Counted from the stretch's first letter, positions 9,481-19,956 are shown. The stretch: 64,000 nucleotides of DNA from Candidatus Micrarchaeota archaeon (GCA_003660975.1 QMVG01000005.1:9963-73962), one strand, 5' to 3'. Numbers and translations: made by a program. The notes: a model not told the origin generated them from the letters alone.

Positions 9481-10193
9481 CTGAAATGAATTTTATTTTT
9501 CAATAACTTTTCAAAGAACTCTGGCTTTTCAAGGAATATCTGGTCCAGCTGTTTATCTGAAAGCATTTGCTTAGGTCTTATCTTGTTTATTTCAGGAAAG
9601 AAGTCATAATTTGGATTTTTAATAAATTTCTCTCCTTTGATTAAATAATAACAAAAGCCATGCCTTTTTTTAACAGTTTCATAATCGTGTTGCATTGATT
9701 CTCTGGCATTTATATCCAGGGTTAGCAAGGCTTCCTTTCCTGTATTTACAAGAATGTGGCCGTAATTTGGAGCTATAAAAACCTTGTCTCCTTTCTTTAT
9801 TTTCACAAATTTGAATATCTTCATGTTTCTGTGTTGGAGGAGAAAGGCCCCTTCGCCAGACAATACTTCATATATCTCGGGATAGCTGTCATTTGTTCCC
9901 GGGACATTTATGTGGTAATGCCCAATTGTTCTTATATACTCTTTCCCAACAAAACCAGGGCGCAGTAATGTGAGGTTTAATGTTAGGTCGTGCTTGTCAG
10001 CAATTCTTTTTGCATCGCTATTCAGTCTCTCAATTGAGCGGTACATGAGATATAAGGGCTGCCTCTCTTTTCTTAATGCTTCATCGTCCATGTAGAAACC
10101 TATTGCATCTTCAGGCATTCTGCTGCTGTAATCTAATTCAAGGGACAACTTGAGGCCTTCAATCTCAAAACTCTTGCCGAATACTTCCATCAC
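9477..10193 (-). CDS. pgi: Cupin-type glucose-6-phosphate isomerase
   Basis: LYLMYR, RTIGHYH, PEIYEVLSGEG, APNYGH cupin metal-binding motifs. Confidence 0.85.
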   Translation of the reverse strand: MMEVFGKSFEIEGLKLSLELDYSSRMPEDAIGFYMDDEALRKERQPLYLMYRSIERLNSDAKRIADKHDLTLNLTLLRPGFVGKEYIRTIGHYHINVPGTNDSYPEIYEVLSGEGAFLLQHRNMKIFKFVKIKKGDKVFIAPNYGHILVNTGKEALLTLDINARESMQHDYETVKKRHGFCYYLIKGEKFIKNPNYDFFPEINKIRPKQMLSDKQLDQIFLEKPEFFEKLLKNKIHFS

Positions 10194-10259
10194 AGCTCTT
10201 AATCAGAGGGATTATAAAAAGATTGGCATACCATTATATTAACAAAAAACAGAAAAATA

Positions 10260-10634
10260 TTGGTGATGAAGATGAAAAATCTTTTGCTGGCAGCATTAAT
10301 TATAGGCATTTTTATTGTAAATACGGGTTGCATTTCGTATTTTGAAGATGTAAAAGACTATTTCTCTCCGTACATCAAGACAGTTATGTCCAAAGAGTCT
10401 AAACCAGCAGGAGGGCCTTGTGATTATGATGGAGATTGTAATTCCTGGGAATATTGTGACTCCCATATCTGCAAGCCAAGGCCTGGCTTCTGCAACAGCA
10501 TCGATGATTGCGAGGAGTGGCAGAGATGTTCTGAAGAGCACCGTTGTGTCTTAAAGCCAAGCAGGTGCAATTCCGATTTAGATTGCCCATTGGCAAGACC
10601 GCACTGCGACGAGGAACATTACTGCAACAGGTGA
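10260..10634 (+). CDS. Cys-rich secreted (lipo)protein with three C-x2-D-x-D-C-type repeats
   Basis: Hydrophobic N-terminus ending NTGC (lipobox-like); repeats CDYDGDC, CNSIDDC, CNSDLDC. Confidence 0.7.
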   Translation: MVMKMKNLLLAALIIGIFIVNTGCISYFEDVKDYFSPYIKTVMSKESKPAGGPCDYDGDCNSWEYCDSHICKPRPGFCNSIDDCEEWQRCSEEHRCVLKPSRCNSDLDCPLARPHCDEEHYCNR

Positions 10635-10638
10635 AGCA

Positions 10639-11169
10639 ATGGCAAAGGACTACTCCTTTACTGTAAAAAAAGGGAGAAAGACTCTTCTAGTGAAGTTGCC
10701 GTCTGATGTTGATGTTAACACAAAGGAGATAATAATTAATACAGTCAAGCAGACTGTGGATAAAAAATATCAAAGAAAAGCGCTTGAGCGCATAGAGTTC
10801 CTATTGTCAGAGATAGATGTCTTGATAGAGCACTTGAAAAAGGAGGGCATTTACGATAAGCATTTGGAGTATATCATAAGGGAGATACTTGGCCAAAACA
10901 TGATGAAAGGCATAGAATTAGCAAAGAAATACGCTGGTTCTCCAGAAGACCTTCTTTCAATAATTGAAAGCGGCAACATAAATTTTGAGCCAGTTTTAGA
11001 GAACATTGGCCTTGACAAGAGAAAGGCCGCCCGTTTTATTATTCACTCAATGGAGCTTGGCAGGCTTGCTTATGAGACTGGCTTGGCTGTGAGCGCTTTT
11101 GTAAATATGGACAAATTAAAGAGATACTTGAAAAAACTAGAGAAAGAAAGCCAATTGTATTTTCTGTAG
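10639..11169 (+). CDS. Hypothetical protein
   Basis: 176-aa ORF tightly packed between neighbours; no motif recognised. Confidence 0.6.
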   Translation: MAKDYSFTVKKGRKTLLVKLPSDVDVNTKEIIINTVKQTVDKKYQRKALERIEFLLSEIDVLIEHLKKEGIYDKHLEYIIREILGQNMMKGIELAKKYAGSPEDLLSIIESGNINFEPVLENIGLDKRKAARFIIHSMELGRLAYETGLAVSAFVNMDKLKRYLKKLEKESQLYFL

Positions 11170-11981
11170 TGTGGGGATTGATATATGTGCAGATTGTCAG
11201 GATACATGCAAAAAGAGCGTTTACTCCCACTAAGATTCCTGGCGCGGATTATGTCATAAACCAATATATAGGTTGCCAACATGCATGCATGTACTGTTAT
11301 GCTAGATTTATGTGCAAGTGGTACAATTATGGGGAGTGGGGCTCTTGGATTGTTGTTAAAGAAAATCTTCCAAAGCTAGTTAAAAAAGAGAAGGTGAAAG
11401 GAGAGGTTTATATGTCAAGCGTTAGCGACCCATATCAACCTATTGAAAAGCAGTTAGAGCTTACAAGAGCTGTTTTGCAGAATATGGATAAAAACATAAA
11501 GCTTGGCATCTTAACCAAGTCCAGTATGGTATTGAGGGATATTGATGTTTTTAAGCAGTTCAAAGATATTGAGATAGGCCTGACGGTTAACAATTTTAAC
11601 AAGGATATAAAAAAAGAAATAGAGCCATTTTCATCAGATAATAAGAAGAGGTTAGAAGCTTTGAAAGTGCTTCACGAAGAGGGCATTAAAAATTACGCTT
11701 TTGTATCGCCTATAATCCCTGGCTTGACAGATGTGGAAAAATTGATTAAAGAAAGCAGGAGCTTTACAGACTTTTACTGGTTTGAATTTCTTAACTTAAG
11801 AGCGAGCGGTAAGCAATTCAAGCAGTGGTTAAAGCAAAACTGGCCAGAAAGCTATAAAAAAGTATCAGACAAAAGCAAGATTAAGGAGTATATGAATAAG
11901 GTTATAGATATAATCCGCAAGAGTAATATATCTGTTAGAGGAATTGTAACCCATTATCCAAACTTTGTGATCCTAAAATAA
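11169..11981 (+). CDS. Radical SAM protein, SplB/spore-photoproduct-lyase-like family
   Basis: INQYIGCQHACMYCYA (CxxxCxxC), SSVSDPYQP, LTKS, PIIPG. Confidence 0.85.
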   Translation: MWGLIYVQIVRIHAKRAFTPTKIPGADYVINQYIGCQHACMYCYARFMCKWYNYGEWGSWIVVKENLPKLVKKEKVKGEVYMSSVSDPYQPIEKQLELTRAVLQNMDKNIKLGILTKSSMVLRDIDVFKQFKDIEIGLTVNNFNKDIKKEIEPFSSDNKKRLEALKVLHEEGIKNYAFVSPIIPGLTDVEKLIKESRSFTDFYWFEFLNLRASGKQFKQWLKQNWPESYKKVSDKSKIKEYMNKVIDIIRKSNISVRGIVTHYPNFVILK

Positions 11982-12102
11982 AAGGCGCTGCTATGAAGGG
12001 TTTAAAGAGACTGAGGATTAAGGCCTTATACTGTTATCAGAAAATAAAATAATCTTCACGCTTCACTATAAGCTTTAAATATATTTCTAGTGTAATTCTA
12101 TC

Positions 12103-14676
12103 ATGGCAAAAATTTTACCATTTTTAAGAGATGTGTTTTTGCTAACTGTGTTTATCTCTTTACTCTTCAGCACAGCTCTGGCCCAAGGAGAGCTTTTTGG
12201 CAAGGTGCTTGATGATAACGGCAGGCCATTGGCAGCTGTTGAGATAACTGCCATGTCTGTAGGTGCTTGTAGAGGCTCCACGCGCTTTTATTACGACATT
12301 ACAGACTCAAGCGGAAACTATGACATAAAGTACATGTGCCTGTCGCATGACAATAAGATGCGCTATCTCGTAGTGCCTTACAAACAGGGATATTATTATG
12401 AGAAAGGAGCTGCGGATGTGGAGGTTTCGGAAACAGCAACAGAACTAGACATAATTATGAAAAAAGAAGCCAATTCCAGCATAGGAGGTTATGTTTACTA
12501 TTCAAACAGCAAGATTGCAAATGCAAGGGTTGTATTGAAAAACAAGGAAAAAGGAATTGACTTATTTAATGTCACAAGCCAGGAAGGGCTCTACAATATA
12601 AGCTCTTTGGAAGCAGGGAATTACGAAATACAGGCCAGTTATAATAATTTGTACTACGCCTCTTCTGTTGACCTGCCTGAAGACACAGACCTCAGGTTTG
12701 ATATAACACTAAAAGAAGCGCTGCCAGACATAGTGCTTAAGGACTTCACAATTGAGGAGGAGCTTGAGCAGGGAGAGGCCACTGAGATTTCTTATGAAAT
12801 TGCCAATGAGGGCCACGCGCGTTCGTCTTCCTTTACTGTCAAAATTTATGATGGAGACGAGTTAATTGAAGAGGAAGAGATAGGGGGCCTTGATGTCAAT
12901 GAGAAAACAAAAATTTCATTTGACTATGAATTCTATGACATTGGCAGGCACGAGATAAAGGTGGTTCTTGACGCTGACAATGATGTCGTAGAGGAGAATG
13001 AAGACAACAATGAATATGTTTTTTATGTGAATGTAAAAGAAGGACATGGAGCTTATCTAAAGCCCTACTGCGATGTAAAAACAGACAGTTACGGTTATAC
13101 TGAAATAAGGGCCAGAGCAGGATACTATGAAAACGGAGGTTTTTACTGTTATGGAAGCAATGTCACAGCAAAAATAAAAGACTTCACATATGAACTTCAC
13201 AGGCATTATAATTGTGATTACTCCAAGCTTGTCTTGCTGCCAATCGGCACTTATAAGGTAGAGTTTAATGCAGAGTTCCCGAATGGCAAGGAAGAGAAGG
13301 ATTACTGCCATATTACTGTCGGAAACCAGAGCCAGCTAGAGCTTATGATTGACAGCCCAGCCAATAACAGCGAGATAACACCTTCCTCTAAGCTTGATTT
13401 GGTAGCACATCTTTTGCTTTTAGGGAATGTTATAAGAGAAGGCAACCTTACCGTTACTTTGAAGAGGGGTAGTGTTGAGGTAGAGAAAACAGAATTGCAT
13501 CCAGACAAGCATGGTTTTTACAGGGGAAGCCTTGATATCCCAGATAAAGAAGCTTTGTATGAACTAGTCTTTGACTATGAAAAAAAGCCGTGGACGAAGG
13601 AAAGCAAGATATACCTCAATGTTTCAGCTGCTGCTAGGAACATAAGCTTAGGCAGAGCCATGAAGATAGACATCATTTCACCAAAAGCAATGACATACGA
13701 AATTGGAGAAAACATGAGCATATCTGTAAGAGTGTATGACAGCCGAGCATCCATAATAACTGATGCAAATCTCAGTGCTAGGATATTTAGAGGAAACGTG
13801 GAAATAGACAGAGTTTCAATTCCATATGTTAAATATGTATACGTGAAGCCATATAACTTTACTGGAGCAGGCAATTACAAAATAATAATTGAAGCCAAGG
13901 CAGCTTCTTTGAAGGCAAGTGCTGAGAGAAGATTTACCATCAGCAAAGCTGCATTAGAAAATATATCGCAAGAAGGGCCTTTGAGAGTTGATATTATATC
14001 ACCAAAGTCTGATGTTTATCCTGAGAACTCAAGTATTATGGTTTTGGCAAAAGTAAGCTATGAGGGAGACCCAGTGAATAACGCAAACGTGACTGCAAGC
14101 TTTGGCGGAAGGCTTATACAAATGAGGTACCATCGTTTTGGAGAATATGTTGCTGTTTTGCCACCGCGGGAGACAGGCAGGTATGAGTTATGGGTTCAGG
14201 CAGAGTATAACAATTACAGCGCGAGGGATAAGGTTGAGTTTATGTTAAGTAAAAATCTGATTAGCGTGAGGGTTAAGCATCCTGAGAACAACAGTGCACT
14301 AAACTTTACTGATGGTCAAAAGCTTTTGATAAGGGCAGATGTCTTAGACATCAGAGGAGATGTCGTCGTAAATGCTGAAGTGATTACTCATATCAGGGAG
14401 CCAACAGGAAGAGTGCATGAAATGAGGGCTTTCCAAGACCCGAACACTGGCGAATATATAACAATATTTTATCCAAACGACAATGGTGTCTATCATATCT
14501 CAATAACTGCTTCGAAACCAGGATATGTGAGCGGAGTGCAAGAAAGCTCTTTCACTATAACATTCAGAGAGAAATCATGGCTTGCTGCAATGACATGGAA
14601 AACCTTATTAACTTTGCTGTTGTTAATGGGAATAATACTAATCTTGCTTGCCATTGTTAAAGGATTGTTGTTCTAA
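12103..14676 (+). CDS. Large surface protein: signal peptide, carboxypeptidase-regulatory-like and CARDB/Ig-like domains, C-terminal TM anchor
   Basis: G.V.D..G.PL pattern; LPDIV...IANEG...D.DNDVVEENEDNN CARDB motif; repeated IISP..Y beta domains; terminal hydrophobic helix. Confidence 0.8.
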   Translation: MAKILPFLRDVFLLTVFISLLFSTALAQGELFGKVLDDNGRPLAAVEITAMSVGACRGSTRFYYDITDSSGNYDIKYMCLSHDNKMRYLVVPYKQGYYYEKGAADVEVSETATELDIIMKKEANSSIGGYVYYSNSKIANARVVLKNKEKGIDLFNVTSQEGLYNISSLEAGNYEIQASYNNLYYASSVDLPEDTDLRFDITLKEALPDIVLKDFTIEEELEQGEATEISYEIANEGHARSSSFTVKIYDGDELIEEEEIGGLDVNEKTKISFDYEFYDIGRHEIKVVLDADNDVVEENEDNNEYVFYVNVKEGHGAYLKPYCDVKTDSYGYTEIRARAGYYENGGFYCYGSNVTAKIKDFTYELHRHYNCDYSKLVLLPIGTYKVEFNAEFPNGKEEKDYCHITVGNQSQLELMIDSPANNSEITPSSKLDLVAHLLLLGNVIREGNLTVTLKRGSVEVEKTELHPDKHGFYRGSLDIPDKEALYELVFDYEKKPWTKESKIYLNVSAAARNISLGRAMKIDIISPKAMTYEIGENMSISVRVYDSRASIITDANLSARIFRGNVEIDRVSIPYVKYVYVKPYNFTGAGNYKIIIEAKAASLKASAERRFTISKAALENISQEGPLRVDIISPKSDVYPENSSIMVLAKVSYEGDPVNNANVTASFGGRLIQMRYHRFGEYVAVLPPRETGRYELWVQAEYNNYSARDKVEFMLSKNLISVRVKHPENNSALNFTDGQKLLIRADVLDIRGDVVVNAEVITHIREPTGRVHEMRAFQDPNTGEYITIFYPNDNGVYHISITASKPGYVSGVQESSFTITFREKSWLAAMTWKTLLTLLLLMGIILILLAIVKGLLF

Positions 14677-15788
14677 TTTTTAGATAATTTTTGTAAGGCT
14701 TTCAAGATTACATCATATGAAGCATTTGTTTTTATCCCATTACTATTAAAATGTGTCCTTGAAACCCTATAGCCCTCCTTTCTAAGCGCTGCCATTATGT
14801 CTGCTATTTTTGGGCAAGATACCTTATTTACTTTTGCAAGGTAGTGAAGGTTGTAATGCAAGAAAGGTAATCTGATTTCTTCTTTAAGTGTTGAAAACAA
14901 CATGCTCTTGTCTTTAATCGTATCAATGACGGTGCTGTCACCAAGTTCACCAATCCACAACGGACCTATATGAATTAAATCTGCCCCGCAGTCGCAATTT
15001 TTTGCTCTTTCTTCCCATAATCCACTTACATGTCTCCTGTCACATTTGGGACACCACGAAATAAAACCCATCTTCTTTAATCCCCTATTAACTCTTTTGT
15101 TTCCTGGCATCACTCTCAAAAACACCCTATAGTAATGTATGTTTGCGTACGACAGGATAGGTTCTATTGATAAGGAATTCTTGGCAAATTCCCTAAATAT
15201 ACTACCTATCAGGCCCCTCAACCCTATTTCGTGTTTCATGCTTGTTTTATGAGATATATATGAGTACTTTCTGAAGCAGGCCCTTGGAAAACTGCCAGAT
15301 AGCGCTCCTGGGTCTGTAGCAGTAGCGCAAATCAAACCATTTTTAGCCCTTACTGCCTTGCTGGCATTAAACACAAAATTAATAGGACTACCAAAGGGGT
15401 CTATGTCTATACAATCAAAGTTTTCTGCTCTCTTTTCTAAAAGAAAGTGGTTTGCTTCATCTATTGATGTCCTTATGCTCACAGCGTTTAATTCAGCGTT
15501 TTTTTTCACGATAGCTATGGCAGTGCTTTTGACATCATTTGCCCATACAGAAAACTGTTTCCCTTCCTTTGCATATCTAATTGCTCTTGCCCCAGTTGCG
15601 CTGAGCAAGTCCAATACCTTTGCTCCGCTGTCTAAAACTTCGTTAAGCACTTTTACTGATAGACTTCTGTCAAATGCCATCTTCGGATTGTAGAATACAG
15701 GCGCTTTGGAGGGCTCTTTATACACCTCTAAGGAAGGGACCAACAACCTGCTTTCTCCTTCTTTTATCTCTTCCAGTTGGATTTCCAT
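14673..15788 (-). CDS. trm1: tRNA (guanine-26,N2)-dimethyltransferase Trm1
   Basis: VFYNPKM..DR, LSATGARAIRY, DIDPFGSP, TATD, GPLWIG, SRTHF. Confidence 0.93.
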   Translation of the reverse strand: MEIQLEEIKEGESRLLVPSLEVYKEPSKAPVFYNPKMAFDRSLSVKVLNEVLDSGAKVLDLLSATGARAIRYAKEGKQFSVWANDVKSTAIAIVKKNAELNAVSIRTSIDEANHFLLEKRAENFDCIDIDPFGSPINFVFNASKAVRAKNGLICATATDPGALSGSFPRACFRKYSYISHKTSMKHEIGLRGLIGSIFREFAKNSLSIEPILSYANIHYYRVFLRVMPGNKRVNRGLKKMGFISWCPKCDRRHVSGLWEERAKNCDCGADLIHIGPLWIGELGDSTVIDTIKDKSMLFSTLKEEIRLPFLHYNLHYLAKVNKVSCPKIADIMAALRKEGYRVSRTHFNSNGIKTNASYDVILKALQKLSKN

Positions 15789-15798
15789 AGAAATCAAC

Positions 15799-15945
15799 TC
15801 AATCAGGGTACAATTTCCTTGCTTCTATATTCAATCTTTCCTTTAATCTTATCAGTAAATTTCTTTGTTCTGGCGTGAGCTTCTTCTCCTCTAACGAGTC
15901 GTTAATTTGTTTTATGCCCTGAGCTGTCAGATGAACTGGATTCAT
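15799..15945 (-). CDS. Small 48-aa helical hypothetical protein
   Basis: MNPVHLTAQGIKQINDSLEEKKLTPEQRNLLIRLKERLNIEARKLYPD*; fills the gap just upstream of trm1. Confidence 0.5.
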   Translation of the reverse strand: MNPVHLTAQGIKQINDSLEEKKLTPEQRNLLIRLKERLNIEARKLYPD

Positions 15946-15978
15946 AGAAATAAAAGGATTGTTAACTTTCTTTTTCAT

Positions 15979-16686
15979 CTACTCAACCTCCTTCACTGCT
16001 CTGTGGACCATAACTATTCTGGCGTTTGCTTTTCGCCATTTGGTGTTTTTGAATTCTATTTCTTCAACTTCTCTCACAGTGATTATAACCTTATCGCCAA
16101 CAGCAATGTCATTCAATGAAAGCTCAGCCTCTCGGCTGGCAGGGATCGTATAAAGTAGAGTATTAGAACTACATTTAAAATCTTCCTTAAAGCTTTTTGG
16201 CACTGAACAACTGCAGTTATTCTCTGACTGCGCCAGCAAGATTGCAGAGTTGACAAGCTCTGGAGCATCCTCAATTACACTTTTTCCACACACGAAGCCC
16301 CTAAAATCCTTTAAAGGACTATTTTCAGCATAGAGCAGGGTATAACCTCCAAGTTTTTGGCTACTTTGGTTTACTGTTAACCATGTCCAAGAAGGGCCTG
16401 GATTCTTCTGAAATGTTTCAACGAAGAAGGAAAGCATAGGTGGCCATAGGTAGAGGTAAAAAACGACTAAAAACAAAGCAGCAAACAGCAGATATAACAA
16501 GCGTTTTGCGCTCTTTTTCTTGCTTTCAGCTCTTCTTTTTTTGTTAAAGACCTGGGAGATTATAAATCTTATTTCCTCTTTATTGTAGCCTCTTTTCACA
16601 AGCTTTTTGCTTATGCCTGCCTGTCCTATGCCTTGCTTGAGCCAATATTCAGAAAGTTCTATTGCATTCTCTATGCGTTCTTCCAT
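15979..16686 (-). CDS. Hypothetical single-TM membrane protein
   Basis: Basic helical N-terminus, TM helix, Cys-containing outer domain. Confidence 0.6.
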   Translation of the reverse strand: MEERIENAIELSEYWLKQGIGQAGISKKLVKRGYNKEEIRFIISQVFNKKRRAESKKKSAKRLLYLLFAALFLVVFYLYLWPPMLSFFVETFQKNPGPSWTWLTVNQSSQKLGGYTLLYAENSPLKDFRGFVCGKSVIEDAPELVNSAILLAQSENNCSCSVPKSFKEDFKCSSNTLLYTIPASREAELSLNDIAVGDKVIITVREVEEIEFKNTKWRKANARIVMVHRAVKEVE

Positions 16687-16734
16687 AACTAATTAATATG
16701 CTTCTGAATTAATATTATTTATCTGTGATTCGCT

Positions 16735-17376
16735 ATGAAATACATTTTAGGCATTGATGAGGCTGGAAGAGGGCCGGTTGTAGGACCCATGGTAATAGCA
16801 GGAGTACTGCTTGAAAAAGCTTCTGAAAGAAAGTTAAAACGTCTTGGGGTTAGGGATTCAAAGATGCTCAGCCCTGCGAGAAGAAGAGAGCTTAGGAAAA
16901 AAATATTGGACGAAGCTGTTGAATTCCATTGCATAAGCATTAGCCCTCACAGGATTGACAGTAGGAAGGTTTCTCTTAATGAATTAGAGGCCCAGGTAAT
17001 TGCTGAACTATTGAAAAAGTTTAGGCACAGAATTGACCACATCTATATTGACTTGCCAGACCCCAGCGCAGAGTCTTTTATCAACAGAATCAAGAAATAC
17101 ATTGACGTAAAAAGTAAAATAACAGCAGAGCACAAGGCAGACCTCAAATACCCTGTTGTGGGTGCTGCTTCTATAATTGCAAAGACAGAGAGAGATAAGA
17201 GAATAAAGGAATATGAAAAAAAGTATGGGAAGATTGGAAGTGGTTATCCTTCAGACCCGCGAACAATAAAATTTTTAAAAAAGAACATAAATTTACCCAT
17301 AATAAGAAAGTCGTGGAGCACTACTCAAAGACTAAAGGAAAAAGGCAGGCAACGTAAGATAGAAGATTGGTTTTAG
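16735..17376 (+). CDS. rnhB: Ribonuclease HII
   Basis: GIDEAGRGPVVGP, DSK, KAD..YP.V.AASIIAK, GSGYPSDP. Confidence 0.96.
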   Translation: MKYILGIDEAGRGPVVGPMVIAGVLLEKASERKLKRLGVRDSKMLSPARRRELRKKILDEAVEFHCISISPHRIDSRKVSLNELEAQVIAELLKKFRHRIDHIYIDLPDPSAESFINRIKKYIDVKSKITAEHKADLKYPVVGAASIIAKTERDKRIKEYEKKYGKIGSGYPSDPRTIKFLKKNINLPIIRKSWSTTQRLKEKGRQRKIEDWF

Positions 17377-17789
17377 ACACTTGGTTCTGGCGGCTCTAAG
17401 TCTGGGAATAGCTCTTCTTCCTTTTTTTCCTCTTCTTTCAGTTTTTCTGGGTGAAAGACATAATCAATAAACATATCCGCAAAATTCTTTATACCTTCCT
17501 CTGACCATTCATCACTTTCATAGAAGTACTTGAATATATTCTTCCCAGTTTCAGCTTCTAACACTGCAAGGCCCTGGTAAAAAGCGTCTATCTTCTCTGT
17601 TTCTGACCTTTCTATTTCCGCTATCAAAATCAAGTGTTCATGTGATGAAAGTTGCTTCAAAAAAGCCAAGCAATCCAAAAGGTCAAGGGCTTTTTTCTTT
17701 ACGTATGAGACATCCGCAATCTTTTCCTCGACTCTCTTTATGAAAAAATCAGACAGGTCTGCCCCATACTCTACAATGGCTATGTCCAT
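17373..17789 (-). CDS. Hypothetical protein, possible divergent lumazine-synthase/archaeal riboflavin synthase fold
   Basis: GLAVLEAETGKNIFKYFYESDE and FHPEKL resemble the C-terminal half of archaeal RibC (from memory). Confidence 0.4.
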   Translation of the reverse strand: MDIAIVEYGADLSDFFIKRVEEKIADVSYVKKKALDLLDCLAFLKQLSSHEHLILIAEIERSETEKIDAFYQGLAVLEAETGKNIFKYFYESDEWSEEGIKNFADMFIDYVFHPEKLKEEEKKEEELFPDLEPPEPSV

Positions 17790-17830
17790 AAATAAAAATA
17801 GGGTTAGGGGGTTTTAAAGCTTATCCCTTC

Positions 17831-19480
17831 TCAGTACTCCATACCCATGCCGCCTTGCGGTCCGCCTGTTTCTGGTGCTGAGCTCTTCTTTGAAGCAGCA
17901 ATGATGTCGTCTATCTTCAGTATCATGTTCGCTGCCTCAGCTGCTGATGAAATGGCCTGACTTTTAACTTTAGCTGGCTCTATGACATCTATCTTGGACA
18001 TATCTCCTATGTCTGCTTTGTCTATGAAGACTCCTATATTTTTGTTTCCCTTTGCGTGTTCTGAACGCAGCTTTACTAGTGTGTCTATTGGGTCCATACC
18101 TGCGCTTTCAGCAAGGGTTCTTGGTATTATCTCAAGGGACTCAGCAAATGCCTCTATTGCAAGTTGTTCCCTGCCTCCTATTTTCTTTGCATAATCTCTT
18201 AATTTCACTGCAAGTGCTGTTTCAATAGCTCCTCCTCCATAGACAATCTTTCCCATTTCTATTGCAGATATGGCAGCTCCTATTGCGTCATTAACTGCTC
18301 TCTCTGCTTCATCTACAACGTGCTGGGTGCCTCCTCTTATTAATATTGTCACTGCCTTTGGGTCATTGCAGCCTTCAACAAATGTCATAGCTTCTCCTGC
18401 TATCTTCTTTTCTTCAACACTTTTCGCATAACCAAGGTCATCCTTGCTCAAATCGTTAACACTGGAGCTTATCTTTGCCCCAGTTGCCTTGGCCAACTTG
18501 TCCATATCGCTCTTCTTAACCCTACGAACAGCGAATATGCCTGCTTTTGCTAGATAGTGCTGGGCAATGTCATCTATTCCTTTCTGGCAGAAAAGCACGT
18601 TTGCTCCGCTTTCCACTATCTTGTCAACCATTTCCTTTAGCATTTTTTCTTCCTGTTCTATAAAGAGCTGTAGTTGCTCTGGAGAGGTTATGTTTATTTC
18701 AGCATCTGTTTCTGTCTTCTTAACCTCAAGTGCTGCGTCTAGCAGCGCAATCTTTGCATTTTCCACTTTCCTCGGCATGCCTGAATGGACTCTTTCCTTG
18801 TCAATTACTATGCCTTTTATGAGCTCTGAATCCTCAAGGTTGCCTCCCTGCTTCTTTTCTATTTTTATATAGTCCTGATTTATTGTTATGCTGTCTTTGC
18901 TTTCCTCAGCGACTTGCTTAACTGCATCCACTATTATCTTTGCCAATTTTTCCTTGCTTTTGCCTATTGTCCCTTTGCTCGCCATTGTTGTCATACAGAC
19001 CTTTACGAGTTTCTTTTCATCCTTTATATCTATTGGATCAGATATTTCGTTAAGCAGGTCAATTGCCTTTTCCTGGGCCATTGTGTATCCCTTGATTATT
19101 ATTGTTGGGTGAATCTCCTGGTCCAACAGGTTTTCAGCATGCTTAAGCAACTCCCCTGCTATTACCACTGCTGTTGTTGTTCCGTCTCCTGTTTCCTCAT
19201 CTTGTGTTTTTGCAACCTCTACAAGCATCTTTCCTGCTGGATGCTCTATATTCATTTCATCCAGAATGGTTGCTCCGTCATTTGTTATTGTTATGTCTCC
19301 TATCTCATCTACAAGCATTTTGTCCATGCCTTTTGGTCCCAAAGTTGACCTAACAGCATTTGCAACTGCTTTTGCAACCATTATGTTAATTCTCTGGGCA
19401 TCTCTCCCAATAACACGAGAACTGCCTTCTGGAAGAACAACTATTGGTTGTCCTGACAGCTGACCTCCTACTCCTGTCAT
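17831..19480 (-). CDS. ths: Thermosome (group II chaperonin) subunit
   Basis: [29 protein letters not shown]-type tail. Confidence 0.97.
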   Translation of the reverse strand: MTGVGGQLSGQPIVVLPEGSSRVIGRDAQRINIMVAKAVANAVRSTLGPKGMDKMLVDEIGDITITNDGATILDEMNIEHPAGKMLVEVAKTQDEETGDGTTTAVVIAGELLKHAENLLDQEIHPTIIIKGYTMAQEKAIDLLNEISDPIDIKDEKKLVKVCMTTMASKGTIGKSKEKLAKIIVDAVKQVAEESKDSITINQDYIKIEKKQGGNLEDSELIKGIVIDKERVHSGMPRKVENAKIALLDAALEVKKTETDAEINITSPEQLQLFIEQEEKMLKEMVDKIVESGANVLFCQKGIDDIAQHYLAKAGIFAVRRVKKSDMDKLAKATGAKISSSVNDLSKDDLGYAKSVEEKKIAGEAMTFVEGCNDPKAVTILIRGGTQHVVDEAERAVNDAIGAAISAIEMGKIVYGGGAIETALAVKLRDYAKKIGGREQLAIEAFAESLEIIPRTLAESAGMDPIDTLVKLRSEHAKGNKNIGVFIDKADIGDMSKIDVIEPAKVKSQAISSAAEAANMILKIDDIIAASKKSSAPETGGPQGGMGMEY

Positions 19481-19521
19481 TTACATCACTCTCCTTTACA
19501 GTAAACATAAAAAATAAGGTT

Positions 19522-19956
19522 TCATTCAATATTGACCTTAAAGCCAGATGGCTTTTCTCTCGGCTCTTTCTTGTAAAGCGTTATTTGAAGGACTCCATTT
19601 TTCAGCGAAGCCTTGGTTTTCTCTGGGATCACCTCTGCTGGTAGCGTCATTGCTCTCCTAAAAGCCGAGCTGCTTCTCTCCCTATGGTAATATCCCTTCT
19701 CTGACTTTTCAAATCCCTCAGACCTCTTTGCATTTATAACAATGTAGTTTGGCTCTACCTCTATGTCTATGTCGTCCTTTTCAATGCCTGGCATGTCTGC
19801 TATTACTTTGATTGTATCTCCCTCATCTATGAGGTCCACTGCTGGTTGCTGGAAGTTCACTGACGGCAGTGGTCCTGACAGTTCTTTTTCCATCCTCTCA
19901 AAGACCTTATCCATCTCTTTTCTTATCCTCTCAAAGTCACTTAAGAAATCTATCAT
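19522..19956 (-). CDS. hsp20: Small heat shock protein Hsp20
   Basis: P.VDLID, ADMPG, ER....FRR...LP, A.LKNGVL.I; start chosen 7 nt after GGAGGT SD. Confidence 0.93.
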   Translation of the reverse strand: MIDFLSDFERIRKEMDKVFERMEKELSGPLPSVNFQQPAVDLIDEGDTIKVIADMPGIEKDDIDIEVEPNYIVINAKRSEGFEKSEKGYYHRERSSSAFRRAMTLPAEVIPEKTKASLKNGVLQITLYKKEPREKPSGFKVNIE

